Positions 37,336-52,831 of a stretch of DNA of 64,000 bases are shown piece after piece. The notes beneath the pieces were generated by a model, which ran no database searches, was not told the DNA's origin, and saw only the letters and a list, made by a program, of their open reading frames with translations. A program made the translations under genes and the position numbers. Each line of letters starts with the position of its first letter. Positions within the stretch are counted from its first letter, which is position 1. The DNA comes from Paraspadella gotoi (taxonomy: Eukaryota > Animalia > Chaetognatha). The stretch lies in NCBI GenBank assembly GCA_051294375.1, contig CM119264.1, forward strand, positions 25,534,254-25,598,253, in the 5' to 3' direction.

Positions 37336-38024
37336 AACGCTCCATTCTCAATTTATTTCCTTCTTGCCTCGAGTTAAATGGAAACTCGTTGTCAGCTCGA
37401 AAATTAAAGTAACCTCATCGTAAGCAATTAAAATTTCCCAATGAATCTTTTTCCCTCCGCGGGGAAAAAAAGGAATAAAAAAATGCAAAAGAAAAAACCA
37501 GATAAAAAAAAGGAAAAAAATGCAAAAATAAACGAAAACTCAATGAAAAAAAAAGGATTGAAAAAAGAAAGAAAAACGAGATGAAAAAAGGAAAAAAAGG
37601 AAAAAAAAGAAAGAGTCTAGTGGCTAAATTAAAAACAACCAGCGATGAAAAAGAGCTAAAAGAGGGAGCTCGGGGTGTGTGCGAAAGCAGAGAGAGAGAG
37701 AGAGAGTTGCGAAAAGCGTGAGAGGAAAGAAGAAAAAAATTCTGGAACGCCCATTTTTTCAACGAGAGCCCAGCGTCGCGTGAAAATTGATAGAAATTGA
37801 AAAAAAAAAAATTCCTAACTCCTAGTTCCCAACCCGCTCCTGACACACCCCTGTACCTACTTAGGATCTTAGCAGACGGCAACCCGTCAAACAGAGCACC
37901 CTAAACTCAAGCCCCACAGCACCCTCTCGTTTTCCGGGACCGCGAAAAACCGCCACCTTTTCTCCGCCCCGTTCGCTTTATAATTCCCCCCTCGCCAGCA
38001 TAAATTGTTTGCAAATAAAGTAGT

Positions 38025-38074
<50 letters not shown>

Positions 38075-39099
38075 TCAACGGCGGTTTCCAATTAAAGGAA
38101 ATGCCGACGGTAGTGGCGGGAGAAATCGGAAAAAGGGCGCGAGAATTTGCGGCGGACGACCGGTGGGCGTGGCTCTTCGAGGTTTCTAATTTTAGGAGAA
38201 AATCTGTCATTTATATTTCTTAACATTTAAGCGCAACTGAACCGCGCTTGTCTGAGACCACGATTAATTTACTTTGACATTGTTGTCAAACGTTGAAAGA
38301 ATTACTGTCGCTAACCGGTTTCTTCTTCAAGTAATTAAGACATCTAGTTTCTCGTAAATATTTCGATACAATGATGAAGGGATTATTAATATTATTTACT
38401 TATGTTTTTTGGATCACTAGTGGTTTAAAAACGTTTAGGAATTTTATTTGATTTTTCAGTCATTTTTATTTTTAATCTTAAAAAATGCCAATAATACTTT
38501 TTGACGCGAGAAGTCGATAAGTTGTTCAATAAAAATAGTTTAGTGTTATGTCTGTTTCCCCTTTTTTCTGTTCAACAACTAAATCATACAAATTGGTTAT
38601 ATTTAAAAAGGAATTAAAATTTTTTTCTTGAATTATAAACTTTTTTCCAACTTTATTCGCGTTCGATTGAACTCAACTCGACGTGAACTTAATTTTCCTC
38701 ATTTCCGATTAAATCGAAAAAATTTCATTTCACGACGTCGCATCAAATGTTTTCTCACCGCACTCTCGCCTCTTTGGCAGCCGAGATTTGCGATACGCCT
38801 CTTTGGCAGCCGGGCGCCACTCTCGCTCATTTCACTTTCAACCTCTCCAAAACCAGAATCTTGATATTTTTTTTTTTATTCTTTCTTATCATCTCAAATA
38901 CTGTCCATCATACTTAAATCACAGAGCACTTTCATTGGTATCCCGATTTTTAACACACAGTCCAAGTTCGCTTCGCTCCCACATTTAAAAACATCAACAC
39001 ACCATTGCGGTATCCCTTCACACGCATCCGCCTATACTTATCAACTATCATCACTTCTTCACACCATAACCCATCTTATTACACTCTTACCATTCTTCC

Positions 39100-40947
39100 A
39101 CCCATCCACCCTTCTTTTCAACTCTCTCTCTATCTCCATCCAATCCCTCTTTTTCACTCTCTCTTCTTCACACATCCTCTTTTCAACGTCTCCTCTTCTC
39201 AACCATCCCTCTTTCACTCTCTCTTTCTTCACCCATACCCTCTTTTTCACTCTCTCTTCTCAACCCATCCTCTTTTCACTCTCTCTTCTCCATCCACCCT
39301 CTTTCATCTAATCTCTTCTTCACCCATCCTCTTTTCACTCTCTTCTCACCCATCTCTTTTCACTCTCTCTTCTTCACCCATCCCTCTTTTCACTCTCTCT
39401 TCTCCAACCATTCCCTCTTTCACTCTCTCTTCTTCACCCATATCCCTCTTTTCACTCTCTCTTCAACTCACACATCCCTCTTTCACTCTCTCTTCTTTCA
39501 CCCATCCCTCTTATTCACTCTCTCTTCCACCTAATCCCTCTTTCACTCTCTCTTCTTCACCTCCATCCCTCTTTTCACTCTCTCTTCTCACACCATCCTC
39601 TTTTCACTCTCTCTTCTTCATTCCCACATCTCTCTATTCATCTCATCTTTTCACTCTCCTCTTACACCCTCTTTTCACTCTCTCTTCTCATCAACCCATC
39701 CTCTTTTCACTCTCTCTTCTTCACCACATCCCTCTTATCACTCTCTCTTCTCAACACCATCCCTCTTTTCACTCTCCTCTTCTTCACCCATCCCTCTTTC
39801 ACTTCCTTTCTTCACCACAATCCCTCTTTTCACTCTCTTTCTTCACCCATCCCCTCTTTTCACTCTCTCTTCTCAACCCATCCCTCTTTCCTCATAATTA
39901 CATCATACTCTTTTCTCACCCATCCCTCTTTTTCAAACTCCTCTTCTCATATCCCTATTTTCACTCTCTTTCTTCACCACATCCTTCTTTTCACTCTCTC
40001 TTCTTCACCCATCCCTCTTTTCACTCTCTCTTCTCAACCCATCCCCTTTTCACTCATCATCTTTCTCCACTATACCCATCCCTTACTTTCTCTCACCTCT
40101 CTCTTCTTCTCAATCACTTACCCCCACTCTTTTCACTCTCTCTTCTTCACCAATCCCCTCTTATTCACTCTCCTCTTCTCTAAACCCATCCTCTTTTTCA
40201 CACTCTCCTCTTCTCACCACTTCCCTCTTTTCACCTTTCTTCTTCAACCCATCCCTCTTTTCACTCTCTCTTCTCAACCATCCCTCTTTTCACTCTCTCT
40301 TTCACACCACATCCCTCTTTTCACTCTCTCTTCTCATCATCCCTCTTTTCACTCTCTTCTTCTTCACCCATCCCTCTTTTCACTCTCTCTTCTTCATCCA
40401 TCCCTCTTTTCACTCTTTCTTCTTCACCCATCCCACTCCTCTTTTCACTCTCTCTTCTCCACCCATCCCTCTTTCACTCTCCCTATCTCACCCATCCCTC
40501 TTTTCACTCTCCCTTCTTCACCCATCCCTCTTTTCCACTTCTTCTTTCTCTCTTCTCAAACCCATCCCTCTTTTCACTCCTCTCTTCTTCACCCATCCCT
40601 CTTTTCACTCTTTCTTCACCACCAATCCCTCTTTTCACTCTCTCTTCTTCTTCACCCATTCCCTCTTTTCACTCTCTCTTCTTCATCCATCCCTATTTTC
40701 ACTCTCTCTTCTCCACCAATCCCTCTTTTCATCTCTCTCTTCTTCATCCATCCCTATTTTCACTCTCTCTTCTTCACCCATCCCTCTCTTTTCACTCTCT
40801 CTTCTTCATCCATCCCTCTTTTCACTCTCTCTTCTTCATCCATCCCTTTTTCACTCTCTCTTCTTCACCCATCCCTCTTTTCACTCTCTCTTCTCCACCC
40901 ATCCCTCTTTTCACTCTCATCTTCTTCACCCATCCCTCTTTTCACTC
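39100..40947. repeat. Pyrimidine-rich minisatellite, unit about 30 bp, about 1.8 kb
   Basis: Head-to-tail copies of CACCCATCCCTCTTTTCACTCTCTCTTCTT with indel noise. This explains ORF 39005..40183. Confidence 0.95.
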
Positions 40948-41792
40948 TTATCACCGCTTGCATCCCGATGACTTCAGCGAGATTCCTTATCTCTTTTCAT
41001 TAACAACAGACTTCTCGCCCAAAGGTTTCGCCTCCGATAAATCAAACGTTGCTTTTCCAATCTATAAGTTATATCTAAGAACAATTGTATTTTCTACTGT
41101 TCACAACTGCTTGTACTCAATATCCAAAATACAATTACGAAAAAAGCTGCGTCTCAATTTGTTTTCCATAATACACAGCATGCATTCTTTCCTTCCCCCC
41201 CCCCTCACCCCACCTCCACGGCAATCGTAACTCAAGATGGTATCCATAACGACGCGTCTTTTCTCATTCAATTTTCTCACATTTTTTTTTCTTTTCTTAA
41301 TGGATTTTTTTTTTTCAATTTTAAAATCCCCGTATTTTTCATACTCTTTCGATTCTGTTTTTTCTTTTTTCGTTGTCATACTCGACTTTGATCACTAATT
41401 ATTTTTTTCTATAATTTAGTTTTGACATTTTTTTATTAATATAGAATATTTAGTCTATACTTCTTTCCTCCCATCTTTCCCTCTTTCCTCAACCCCTTTT
41501 CTTTCTTTCATCCAATCATGAATTCCTATTTCGTCGTCCAATTATCATCTTCCGTTGACCAAAGCCTCAGAGTTGTCGTTGTTGTTCTTATTCGAAGCTA
41601 AAATGCAAATCATTTGCCGATAATCGAGTCGGAATAAAGACATTAATTTTGTTCAATTGCTGGATTGAAATTTTAAAAAAGAACTATAATCTAATATCTT
41701 AGATTTTTAGTATTAATATGAATGACGATGTATGAACATTAAAAGGCGATCAATGTATGGGAGGATTTGTAAAAGAAGACTAACACTCCGAC

Positions 41793-41926
<134 letters not shown>

Positions 41927-42707
41927 GCATAAAAAAGGTCGTTCCATCATTTTGTCGAGATAATGAAAGATTAATCTTAACGCTCAATCGAATCCGCAAT
42001 CTACTTTCTCCTCCTCCACCTCCTCCTCCTCCTCCTCCTCCTCTATCATCGGCCCCTGCTATCTTCTTGCCAGTTTTTGCGCTACCATCTGCAAGGCACC
42101 CCATTGCCTCCCATGTTCCTCGGTCCAATCTTCACCAAATTCCTTCTCCCATCCCTTTTCTTTCAATCATCTTTCCTCACCTGAAAATCCAAATTCCTTG
42201 CTTCCTACATTTCCAATTTTCTTTCTTTTTTCTTGCTGCCTTTTTTTTAATCTTAGGCTTCATCATTTTTTCTTCATCTTCATGAAATGAATAAAACAGC
42301 AGGTAGGTAAGTTACGTATATTCAGAGAAAAATTTTCCAGAGGCATTCCAGAGATAGATTGTTAAATAGATCGACAAAGAGACAAAATTATGTAGCTTTT
42401 AATTCATATTTTATAACTAGCCTTCCGTCAATTTTACTTTAAACTGAACGAATAAGAAGCTACGTTTGAGTATAATCGACGTTATATATTACTACGATAC
42501 CTAAACCAATGATTTTGTAAATTCGCTGTACTTTTATCCTGTGAAATCTTAACGTTATCAGTTCATCAAGTGATTCATAACTTCCACTCTTCTTTTTTTC
42601 CATTATTTTTTTTATCTCTCATCGTTATCGTTATTTTCGGGAGGCGAACCTCCTCCTCATCCTCTTCCTCTTCCTCCTCCTCCGCTTCCCCCTTGTATTT
42701 CCTGGGG

Positions 42708-42820
42708 TATAAAAGGACTGGGTCCCTCCTCCGACCCCCACCACCGATATCGCCACCGACTTTGGGTCACAGTCACAAGGGTCGTCGTCCGAGGAAAAAA
42801 AAAAGAAGACTAACGGTAAG
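42708..42820 (+). promoter_or_regulatory. Candidate TATA-box promoter and first non-coding exon
   Basis: GGGG-TATAAAAG-G at 42708-42715, then a GC-rich stretch and a strong donor ACG|gtaagt at about 42816. Confidence 0.45.
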
Positions 42821-43234
42821 TTTTGATTTCCGTAAATTTTTGATCGAAAAAGCTTGTTTATCAAATTTTTGTAATGTTCTTTAATTATTACTTCATGAAT
42901 TAATTAATTATTTAAAAGATTAATCGAAAATTAAATCATATATATATATATATACAATTATACATAAACATATTAACAAATTTATTTGAAAAATTAATTA
43001 ATTGAAATCTTTTTTTGGGGGGGGGGTTTAAAATTGTTAGATTATTAAATTAAGAAAAAAGAAAAAAAATAGAACAATCCAGAATTTTCCGTCTGACTTT
43101 TTATAAACTCCTGATCATATTTTTTGGGTTTTTTTTTCGCGAATTTTTTCGAATTACTCATTCATGACCCCGTCTTTCTGTCTTACATTGTTTTGACAAG
43201 TTCATTTTTATTTTTAAAAAATGTTCATATTTTC

Positions 43235-43248
43235 GTTGCCATGACAAC
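43235..43248. promoter_or_regulatory. RFX X-box motif
   Basis: GTTGCCATGACAAC, one mismatch from the palindrome GTTGCCATGGCAAC. Confidence 0.5.
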
Positions 43249-43341
43249 GAGGCGGAGAAGTTTATCCGATCTGATCCGTCGCCGTCGTTGTATAAAACGG
43301 GAAGATTTTATCGATATATCATGAAAGTATAAACAATTAAT

Positions 43342-43440
43342 ATGAAATTGGTACAAACAATAAAAATATTATCCATTCATTTAATAAATAAGCTATCTTG
43401 CCCCTGACTTTGGACAGGCTTTGGTGGTTTTAAGGCCTTC
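43342..43440 (+). repeat. Short dispersed repeat family (about 50-100 bp)
   Basis: Core ATGAAATTGGTA(C/T)AACCAATATAAA..TTATCCATTCATTTAATAAATAAGCTATCTTGCCCCTG recurs at about 3180-3229, 26715-26800, 26990-27085 and, inverted, 28742-28815. Confidence 0.75.
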
Positions 43441-43883
43441 ATCACTCTTACAAGATAATGACATAGCAGGTCCCTGCAAGCTTTCAGTCAAGACTCTCTC
43501 ACAGTCTCGTTTATTCACTCCCAGAGTACCTGGCTTCCCTATCAATGAAGTGGTATGATATTTTATTTTAAATATTTTTTTATATCACCTGAGATTAATT
43601 TTTAAAGTTTATTTATACAACATATGATGACGAACACTGAAACTAGACCGTTTTTGTTTCAAGAACAATTTTCCCCTCTCTTTCGACGCATAATCTTCTC
43701 GCGACGCCATGATTGTCTCTTTTCCGACTTTGTGAATCGTCCTAAGTGGTAAGCAAGCAGCCAGCCAAGCCCTTGTTTACATTTTAATTTCTCGAACAAG
43801 CACCCTTTTCTCATGGAGAATGACACACTCTCTCTCTATATTTTTTTTTCCTTTATCTTTTCTCTCTCTCATTCTCTCTCTCG

Positions 43884-43952
<69 letters not shown>

Positions 43953-44391
43953 ACCCACTCTGTCGTTTTATAGGTGTAACTGTGACCAGGCCACTTTCAG
44001 GGCCACGTGGAGGTTAAAATGAGGAGGCAACTCTCTTTGGTATCGCCTCACTCTCTTTCTTTCCTTCTTCACTCAAAATTTCTTTCTCACTCACTGCTCC
44101 GTATCCTGAATGGATAAATGAATGAATGAATGAATGAATGAATGAATGAATGAATGAATGAATGAATTATAGGAAGAATGGACGAATGAATGCATGAAAA
44201 GAAAAGTAGAGAAAGAAAAAAAGTGTAAGAAAAGAAGAAATAAAAAAAAGAAGAGAAAAAGGAGACATTATAAATTCTCCAATCTCCATCATTTTCGACA
44301 TCTTATTATCCGCTACCCGAAGGCATAGAACTTCGAAAAAAAGTATTTTGATGAGGCATTGAAATGCAAATACCCCTTCTTTTCCCTCTCT

Positions 44392-44481
<90 letters not shown>

Positions 44482-46173
44482 CTTTCTTCCCTTCTTCCAC
44501 TCTCTTATCTCTTCTGGGTCCCTCTTTCCCAACGTTTTCTGTCTTTTTTTTTGCTCTTTTTTTTGAAAGCCCAAAATATACTTTGTATTGACTCTTCTCT
44601 ATAAAAAGTATCTTCATTTTTTTATGTCCTCACAAAAGCCATTACCTCCATGAGAGACCAATGTTTGCTGATTCGGATCCACTGTAAATTCCCATGTCGT
44701 TGCAATCTTTCAGTGCATTTCATGCATTTTTACTTTCCTTTCTTCTTTTCCTCCTTCCTTTGTTTTTCTTGTGACTTACTTTTCTTTCATCTCCCCTCAG
44801 CCCAGCTTTTCTAGCCAAGTATCTCCCTCTGTTTCTTTGTTTTATCCTTTTTGTATTTCCTACAAAAATACAGGTTACATTAAACTTGATACGACGGGGA
44901 CGTGCAGAGTTATTTACAACCAGAAAGAGTTTGGAGGCTCAGGGGGAAAAACAAAGATAACAGGTGAAGACAAAGGAAGAGAAAGGAAAAAGAAAAAATT
45001 ATCCTACTAAAGAATAACATGGACTCCAGCGAAATAATTTTACGATTATTAAAGTTTCAAATTGTTTTGAAAAAAATTAATTTTTGTCACTTTTATAGTT
45101 GATTGTTATTTAGATTTTTTTTTAAGCATATAAGATCTAGTGTGAATGCATGCGTTTGATATTCTATGTTTTTTATGCTTTAGTTTATTATGTTTGCGTG
45201 TTTGTGAGTGTGAGAGACCATAAGTGAGGACTAGATTATCTTGATCTTTCTGTTTGTTGTGATAATCTGATCTAATTCTCATCAACATCTTCACTTTCGC
45301 CAATGCCGCGACTTTCAATTTCGCATCCCGACCTTTATATTATTCGTTTTCATCACCTTCCCTCAAGTCATCCCTCCTAGATTCGTCTCTCTTTCTTGAT
45401 CACTCCCAACCTCTTCTCCGGTCCCTTGACCACAACGATATCAATTTTTTTCTCTCCTCATATTTACTTACCACCTCCGGCTACTTCCCTCCCTTCCCTC
45501 ACCCCTCCTCACTACCCTGAACCACCTATTCCCACCTTCTTTCGTCTACTTTCTTCCCCGACGAACGAGATTTAAAATTTCCTCGCGATTCGAAATCTTT
45601 GAAAGGATTTGATTGAAACGGGGAAATCCGACTCCGCGCCCCATTAGCGCCGCGAAAAACCAATTCCAGCGCCGCGACGGGAACTGAAAAAAAAAACGCC
45701 GGCGGGGGCGCTGCGTGAGTGATTGCCGCTGCAGGTATCGCAGCGTAAGTGATTGGCGATGCGGGGGCACTGCGGGGGACACTGCGTGAGTGATTGGCGC
45801 TGCGGGGATGCTGCATTAGTGGTTGGTGCAGTCAAGGGTAGCGGTAAAGATTGGTGCTACTGGGAGCTCGGAGCTTAAATGGCTCAACGGTTTGTTCCGC
45901 GGGTGTTTTCCGGGGCCGCAATGTAACTCGTGCTCCGTCACGAACTTCACAACAATTTCAAAACACGTGATCCGCGCCACTTCGTCAAAAAAGAAATAGG
46001 CTGAGCCAAACAGATTTTTTTCGGCGCCATTCGCAGCAAAAACGCCCCGACAAAATCTCTCGTTGGCTCCTCCCAGGCGTCAAACGGCGCCAACGTCTTG
46101 GTTACCTTGAAGAAGACGTTTGTTCGACGTTAATGATTCGACAAATAAAAGTAGGAAAAAGTCAACTCGACTC

Positions 46174-46274
<101 letters not shown>

Positions 46275-46624
46275 CTACCATCATCATTCAAGAGGAGAGA
46301 AAAAAACGGTGAGGGAAGAGAATGAAAAGGAAATTTTAGTGTCATTATTGGTTTGGGTGGTTAGAGGGAAAAGGGGGGAGCGAGGGAGACAAGAAAAAGG
46401 GGGGAAAGAGAAAAAGAGAGGAAAGGGAAAAAAAGAAAAGAAAAGAAAGGGAAAAAAATGAAGCTAAAGAGAAAGAAAGAAAGAAAGAAGGAAAGAAAGA
46501 AAGAAAGAAAGAAAGACAGAAAGACAGAAAGAAAGAAAGGAATCGAGAACAACGATTAACGGCCGAGGATTAATGGGAATCGCGGAAGTAACGAAACCGT
46601 TTCCCACGGAATTCTTCTCGGCGG

Positions 46625-46712
46625 CCTCCTTGGCCCGGCTCCTTGGCTCCTTGGCCCTGGCTCCTTGGCTCCTTGGCCCGGCTCCTTGGCTCCTTGGCCC
46701 TGGCTCCTTGGT
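46625..46712. repeat. GGCTCCTT/GGCCC tandem repeat
   Basis: Repeated ggctccttggctccttggccc units. Confidence 0.85.
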
Positions 46713-48267
46713 CTCCGGGCGTGATGGGAAATCGGGAATTGGGACTCTCGTTGTTTGCTGCAGAGAAGAAAGTCGGAAAGAAGGAAAAGTGAGGAAATGA
46801 AACATGGACAAGAAAATGTACAGGCATCCGACATTTCACTTAAAGGGCACTATTTGTCGAAAGCGCCTCTTTTTTGTTTCTAATCTCTGAACATAGTTTT
46901 AACCTCAATATCTAATCTTAATCATTTTGATAAATATTTAAATCAATCGATAACCCTAATCTCTAATCACTAACCCTAATTCCGAGACTTATTCCCTAAT
47001 CCCTAATCTCAAACAAAATTCTTAATCTTTAAGCTTAAAAATAAACTTATTTCGGAATTTATCCAGAAATTGGACGCTTTCGGAAAACACGGTCACAGAT
47101 TTATTCTTTTTTTATTGTAAATAACCTTCCCATAAATACTTCAAGTTCCTTCACACTGTCTTCTTGTGACAATTATCATAGTTCATTCAAAATCTTCTAC
47201 CTGTTTCTCCAAGTCCTCTCTCTCACACCCTCACACGCATTCGTGCACGTTCTCCAACGCGCGCAATCGCACGCACGATTTAATCGCCTCCCGAAGGGAA
47301 AACGCTGACGCTTAAGAAAAACTGGTCGCGATCGAAAAAAGGAGACGAACGACGAACGGGGAGCGATATGAGACTAACGACGGGAGAAGAACGATGAACG
47401 ACCGGAAATGAACGATGAACGGTGGGAAATAAACGATGAACGATGGGAAATGAACGACAACGACCGAAAAAAAGACATGAAATTAGATATGAATGATTGA
47501 TAAAATTCAATGAACTTTGACTGGCAGTCAAATAGCGACTTAAACATTACGTGAACAAATCAATATTTATCAATACTTAACAGTGAACAATTAAACAATT
47601 AAAGGATGAACTGAATCCTCGCGACGACGAAGACCCAATGTTTCCTCTTTTCTCTTCCCCGCCTTTTGTTTTTTTTGTTTTTTTTTTTTCTCTCTCGATC
47701 TTTTGTTCGAATTTTCTTTACTTAAAAATATTCGCGACGCTTTTGTTATCTCATTCTCTCCTCTTCTTCTTCTTTTTCTTTTTCTTTTTCTTTTTCTTTT
47801 TCTTTTTCTTTTTCTTTTTCTTTTTCTTTTTCTTCTTTTTCTTCTTCTTATTCTTCTTTTTCATCATTTTCTTTTTTTAAATATATTTTTTTAGGAGCGT
47901 TTTTTTTCTTCCTTTTCTCTGCCTGGGGCTTACGTAGTCACCGGGAGAGATTAAGATTTAAATAAAGAAAGAAATAAAAAAGAAAAGAAAGATAGAAAGA
48001 ATTAAGAAAAGAAAGAAAGAAAGAAAAAAAAAGGAAAGAAAAAAGTAAAAAAGAAAGAACGGAAAGAAATAAAAAGAAAAAGAAACAAGGAGGAAGACGA
48101 ATCGCGTTTTTCATTAAAGTGATTTATTAGTTGTCTGTAGCAGGTGCTTTTTTATTATAATATATTTATGAGGTATAAAATATTAGAGGGGAGAATAAAA
48201 AAAAAATCGTTTCGTGAAATTCTGAAAAAGAGAAAGAAAAAGAAAAAGGCTTTGATCGAAATAAGAT

Positions 48268-48317
<50 letters not shown>

Positions 48318-48793
48318 TCCTGATAAAAAAGTGATGTATTCCAGATTCGGCATTTGCGCCGACGGAAATGCAAAGGAGGAGGAGAAGGAAATTAGGGAGA
48401 AAGGAAGAAGGGAGGGAGGAAGGAGGGAGAAAGGAAGAAGGGAGGAAGAAAGGAGGGAGGGAGAAGGAAAGTGGAGGAAAGAAGAAAGGAAAAAAGGGAG
48501 GATGTAGACAAAGATGAAAAGAAAATGAAAACTTGTATAGAGAGAGAATGGAAAATATTGTAAAGAACCAAAATGAAAAAGAAGATAAAACGATAAAAAA
48601 AAAGACAATAGTAAAACAAAAGAAACAAAATGTACGATTAAAGAATAAAAGATAAAAAAAAATATAAAGAAGGAAAAAAATAAACTCAACGAGTCTTGGG
48701 CTTAGTTCTTCTTTTATGAAAAGATGATGAAAGATAAAGAAACTGAGGGAGAAAAAATTTTAAACAAAAGAACAGCAAATGAAGAAAAAAAAG

Positions 48794-51482
<2,689 letters not shown>

Positions 51483-52751
51483 GAAAAAAAAAGAGAAAAT
51501 GAAATAAAGAAATCGATATTTTTCTATTATTTTACGTTTTTGAAAATACATTTTTGGAAACAAATCAAAAATAATAGTTCTTTTTAAATCTAAAAAAATA
51601 ACAAATAAAAGATAGTGAAACAAGTAATTTTAAAACTTTCATACATGAAACGGATTTTAGATTATTAGCACCGTTCAAAATATTATTTACAATTAAATTC
51701 AATTCAATTCCATTAATATTCCTACGGGACCCGTATAGACCTATTTTGAAACCAGTTTCTAACCGGATCTCAACTTAATATCAACCAGTGTTCTTGTCTC
51801 TATACTTTGTGGTTCTAATTTTTCTTCCTCTAAATGTACGCATTACCGTTCTTAACGTTTCGGTCGTATTTTTTTCGCCGCATGGTGAAGGCTTGACTAC
51901 TCAATGAATGAATAAATGAATAAATAAATAAATGAATAAATAAAGCATTTCTATATACTAATTGGATATGATAATGATACTATAATCTCATTTGCATATT
52001 GCAGTAAATTATAATGAAGTGGAAATTCAAAACAAAACATACTTAAATCCAAATGAAATAAGAAAATATCAAATATCTAAATTTTAAACTTATAGAATGC
52101 ACACTTTTGAAAACTTATTATCATAATTATAATATTTTATTTTAAAAAAAACGGTAAGTCACAGACCAAACCTATAAAAGCGTATAGTCTTTATATGGAA
52201 AACAGAACGTGAGACGACGACGACGACGACGACGACTACGTACAAAGAAGCTCACCCGAATGAATATCAAGCCTGAACCGGCTTTGCGGTATGGCTTGAT
52301 AATAAATTAAATGAATAAGAAATGAATGAATGACATGAATGAATGAATGATTGAATGAATTAATGATGATGTGAAGAATGAAGAATGAAGATATGAATGA
52401 AAGAATGAATGAATGAATGAATGAATGAATGAATATGAATGAATGAATGAATAACTGGTAGAAAATTACCGTATGCCGTAAAGTAGATTATTTTTCGCTT
52501 AAAATCAGTGCAAAAAGGATACCTTTCCGGAGAACCGCCCTGACTATAGATAACTAATGCCTGATAATCTCTTGACCCTTACTACCGCCTGACATCCTCT
52601 GGGTCCGAGTCCCGCCATCTTCCGTCGTCTCATTTATTACTTACGCTGAGAAGCCAATAACTGTTCCATCATCCAGGATTCCATTAGCCGCACGATGCCA
52701 TTAACCGTTTCTCCGTTAAAAGTGTTCTGATTGGCGGGGGGAATCAAATCT

Positions 52752-52831
<80 letters not shown>

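Noticed and set aside
39005-40183. 392-aa ORF and regular 30-bp periodicity suggestive of a CRISPR array
   Set aside because: The units are head-to-tail with no unique spacers, there are no cas genes and the context is eukaryotic. The ORF is a by-product of the repeat.
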